Of a stretch of 64,000 bases of DNA, positions 61,548-64,000 are shown in pieces. The notes under the pieces were generated by a model. That model was not told where the DNA came from. It made no database searches and saw nothing but the letters and a program-made list of their open reading frames with translations. This DNA comes from an uncultured Candidatus Poseidoniales archaeon (GTDB lineage Archaea > Thermoplasmatota > Poseidoniia > Poseidoniales > Thalassarchaeaceae), in assembly GCA_964576865.1 (NCBI GenBank), contig CAZNVK010000001.1:50697-114696 (forward strand). The letters run 5' to 3'. The first letter of the stretch is position 1. Each line of letters opens with the position of its first letter. A program made the position numbers and the translations under genes.

Positions 61548-61853
61548 ATGGCAGGTCCGGTTTGGAAGAATATCTACCGCCTCAGCGATGAGCAGATTGC
61601 CAGCCTCGATGAGGCGGAGGACAAGATGGAAATGATGGATATCAACGGGGCGGAGGAGATACTTCTAGCGATGTTGGAGGTCGATGCGAATTGTGTTCCG
61701 GTACTCAATAATCTCGCGCATATGAATGGACGCTACCTCTCTGATTTTGAGAAAGCTGTCGAGTATTATGATCGAGTTCTAGAAATTGAACCTGACAATG
61801 CTTGGGCGCGAGATGAGCGGAGACGATACCAGCGTTATCTAACGTATGATTGA
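61548..61853 (+). CDS. Small TPR-like helical protein (about 101 aa)
   Basis: C-terminal NNLAHMNGRYLSDFEKAVEYYDRVLEIEPDNAWA is TPR-like. Start set at the internal Met so it does not overlap the upstream gene. Stop overlaps the downstream ATG (ATGA). Confidence 0.4.
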   Translation: MAGPVWKNIYRLSDEQIASLDEAEDKMEMMDINGAEEILLAMLEVDANCVPVLNNLAHMNGRYLSDFEKAVEYYDRVLEIEPDNAWARDERRRYQRYLTYD

Positions 61854-62854
61854 GCCCTCCTCGCAACCAACATCGCATCCAATCTTCGACTCGTAAGAGG
61901 AGTCCGCGACCCTCAGTTTCAAGGCGCGCCCGCGACGGGGCTCGACTCGTGCACGAGGGCGCGATACTGATTGCAGGAGTCGGTGGGCTCGGTTGCATCT
62001 GGGCCGACGCCGCCCATCGCGAGTGCGATGGCTTGGCCGACCTACTGCTGATCGATGCTGACGAGACCTCATTCCGCGGTTCAGGCCAAGCCCACTGCCT
62101 ACACCTCGACGCGGTCGGTGATGGCAGCGGTGCCGCTGCTCTACCCCCACTCGCCGCTCACCGGCTCAGCGAAGGTTTCTCCTCCCTCGATCCATTGTTG
62201 GAGAAGGCTGAGTTGGTCTTCATCATGGCAGGATTGGGTGGTGGAACAGGATCGGGTGCCGCCAATGAATTAGCTCGTCTCGCGAGAGCGCGAAACTGCT
62301 TGGTTCTGAGTGTCGCTGGCCTACCATTTGCTGAACAACCATTGCGCTGTGCGATAGCGAACGCTGCTCTGCCCGCGCTCGAGGAGCAGTCCCATGTCTG
62401 CATACGCGTGAGCATGGAGAGACTGGCATGGTACGCCCGAGCCAGAGATGCCGATTGGCAGCAAGGCTCGGGCTGGATCCAAGATCTTGTCGAGGGTCTG
62501 GTGACGACCCTTGCGAAAGTAGGCAAATTGAATCTCGATTTGATGGATCTTCGAACGGTGGTAGAGCATTCCGGCGAAGCCACTTTGATAGTCGGAACCG
62601 GTACTGTCGTCGACCCATCTGGTGTGGTGGAAGTTGCTCGCCGCTCGCCGCTCGCAGAGATAGATGTCTCTGGAGCCAAGGGCTGTCTAATCCAAGTAGA
62701 GGGCGGTCCGGATATGACTCTAGCTCACCTAAACCTCCTCAGCGAATCCTTGGTCGACAGTTTACATCCGAATTGTCAAGTAATCCTCGGCGCCAGAGCC
62801 AGTGATGAGATGGTTGGAAGGTTGCGATTGGTAGCGGTTGTCAGCGGCCTTTGA
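61850..62854 (+). CDS. Divergent FtsZ/tubulin-superfamily GTPase paralog
   Basis: Tubulin signature GGGTGSG (FIMAGLGGGTGSGAAN). T7-like NLDLMDLRTV. C-terminal ISGAKG...VEGG fold pattern as in FtsZ. The T1 G-box is degenerate (GVGGLGC instead of GGGGxN). Basic N-terminal extension. Confidence 0.65.
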   Translation: MSPPRNQHRIQSSTRKRSPRPSVSRRARDGARLVHEGAILIAGVGGLGCIWADAAHRECDGLADLLLIDADETSFRGSGQAHCLHLDAVGDGSGAAALPPLAAHRLSEGFSSLDPLLEKAELVFIMAGLGGGTGSGAANELARLARARNCLVLSVAGLPFAEQPLRCAIANAALPALEEQSHVCIRVSMERLAWYARARDADWQQGSGWIQDLVEGLVTTLAKVGKLNLDLMDLRTVVEHSGEATLIVGTGTVVDPSGVVEVARRSPLAEIDVSGAKGCLIQVEGGPDMTLAHLNLLSESLVDSLHPNCQVILGARASDEMVGRLRLVAVVSGL

Positions 62855-62915
62855 TTCCGCAGCAGTAAACCAGCACATCCAATAATCGGGATTCCGACTG
62901 TTCTCACAGCGCGAA

Positions 62916-63257
62916 TTGGTTAAGCGGATACCTCTTGCGATGTACATGCCCAAACCACGCAAGGCCTCACGTGGTAAGCATCGTTGGATAGGAATCGAGT
63001 ATACCCAAGAGTCTCTGTCTAGGCCGGAAGTCGAGAAAAAGTTAGCTGAAAATTTGGCTGCAATCGAGTTCCGATTATTTGATTGTAAGAATTCAGCCAA
63101 ATCTACACTCGGAATAATCAAAATCGCACTAGAGGATTATGATTACGCGCGCACCGCACTTGAAACGGCTGAGGGCGTTGAAACCAGGACCTCGTCGGGT
63201 AAGATTCGTCTGGTGAGGGAGAGATTGGGTCTTCCTCGCCCGGTCAGAAAGCGATGA
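62916..63257 (+). CDS. rnp2: RNase P protein component 2 (Pop5/RNP2)-like
   Basis: N-terminal RKASRGKHRWIGIEY resembles the Pop5 KRRYIAFEI motif; later LGIIKI and SGKIRLVRE segments fit the Pop5 pattern. 113 aa. The assignment is pattern-based. Confidence 0.5.
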   Translation: MVKRIPLAMYMPKPRKASRGKHRWIGIEYTQESLSRPEVEKKLAENLAAIEFRLFDCKNSAKSTLGIIKIALEDYDYARTALETAEGVETRTSSGKIRLVRERLGLPRPVRKR

Positions 63258-63996
63258 GTAATTCACCAACATCATCTGTTTGACCGAGTTGAGCGTCATC
63301 GATCAGCTGCAAGGCTCCTGATTCTTCCAAACCCACGATTCGTACGGTAGTTGCTCCACTTTCACACACAACGCCTCTTGAGAGGGAGCGAGCCATTGCC
63401 CGCCAGGACTCGCTGCGCAATTGCTCAGGAGTTGTTTTGGGGATGGGTGGGTTTGAATCGAATAGCGAGGCGATCGCGGCATCGACTCTCTGAAACACCT
63501 CGCTCGCCTTGATTTCACCGACGGTCTCTGACCAGCCTGCAGTCGAGACTCCATCTAATTCTCTAGGCCTGCGGTTCAGGCCAACGCCGATCCTCACCCT
63601 TCTGTCGAGTGAGCTTGATTCGACGAGGATTCCACCTGCTTTTCTTCCCTCGAAAATGAGATCATTTGGCCATTTCACCTCCATCGAGAGGGTATCTGCT
63701 AGACTCGCGCCAACCGCGGTCTGAATCAAGCCAGGAGAGTATAGATCGAGGATTGAGGGTTCGAGGCTCCAAGTTGCTGTCAGATCTTCATCGGAAGAAA
63801 CCCAAGCCGAGCTCTGTCTTCCTCTACCCGAATTCTGAACTCCTGCTCGGAGTCTCAGCCAGCCTTCTCCAGAAAGATCTCTGGCTGCGTCCATCGTCGA
63901 GTCACACTCTTTGATGAAGGATTCTGGTCGGCCTGAAGCTGGCTTCCAGATTGCCATGACGTAGAGGGTATCATGCCCTATTCGTTGATTGACCAA
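63244..63996 (-). CDS. birA: Biotin--protein ligase (BirA catalytic domain family)
   Basis: GRGRQSSAW and KWPNDL catalytic motifs. The start Met lies 4 nt from the window edge, so the true N-terminus could lie outside the window. Confidence 0.7.
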   Translation of the reverse strand: MVNQRIGHDTLYVMAIWKPASGRPESFIKECDSTMDAARDLSGEGWLRLRAGVQNSGRGRQSSAWVSSDEDLTATWSLEPSILDLYSPGLIQTAVGASLADTLSMEVKWPNDLIFEGRKAGGILVESSSLDRRVRIGVGLNRRPRELDGVSTAGWSETVGEIKASEVFQRVDAAIASLFDSNPPIPKTTPEQLRSESWRAMARSLSRGVVCESGATTVRIVGLEESGALQLIDDAQLGQTDDVGELLIAF

Positions 63997-64000
63997 ACAT

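Overview
GC-rich (roughly 60% by eye) chromosomal segment from an archaeon with a strongly acidic, low-lysine proteome, which suggests a salt-in halophile-like lineage. Archaeal hallmarks include uS15/S13e, aIF6, RNase P subunits Rpp21 and Pop5, a non-discriminating archaeal GluRS, archaeal PheRS beta, archaeosine synthase and archaeal-type GAPDH. The window is densely coding. Housekeeping genes (dnaJ, trhO, gltX, rnhB, pheT, gap, adk, thrC, ogt, birA, a methylmalonyl-CoA cluster) are interspersed with at least six very large, acidic, secreted and membrane-anchored surface proteins: a beta-helix protein, a 1923-aa thrombospondin-type-3 (TSP3) repeat protein, an SGNH-domain protein and a roughly 1600-aa S8 protease. 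A 23S-5S rRNA pair at about 44.46-47.54 kb has protein-coding genes rather than a 16S gene or tRNA-Ala immediately upstream, so the rRNA genes appear unlinked. The most unusual locus is a Rieske/cytochrome-b gene cluster at 55.2-61.4 kb. In it, the cytochrome-b C-terminal (subunit-IV-like) membrane module is fused in one 925-aa polypeptide to an extracytoplasmic domain, an extra TM helix and a cytoplasmic HdrD/DsrK-like module (two 4Fe-4S motifs plus two CCG domains), next to a separate ferredoxin gene. Other notable items are a wHTH-STAND NTPase-TPR protein lying between two giant surface-protein genes, a pyroglutamyl-peptidase-Nudix fusion, a divergent FtsZ/tubulin-like paralog translationally coupled to a small TPR protein, a zinc-ribbon LPFGIE-repeat protein directly upstream of the 23S gene, and several candidate small ORFs and regulatory palindromes. 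No CRISPR array, tRNA gene or obvious mobile element was recognised. All calls are from reading the sequence and its translations. Boundaries of the RNA genes and several start codons are approximate.
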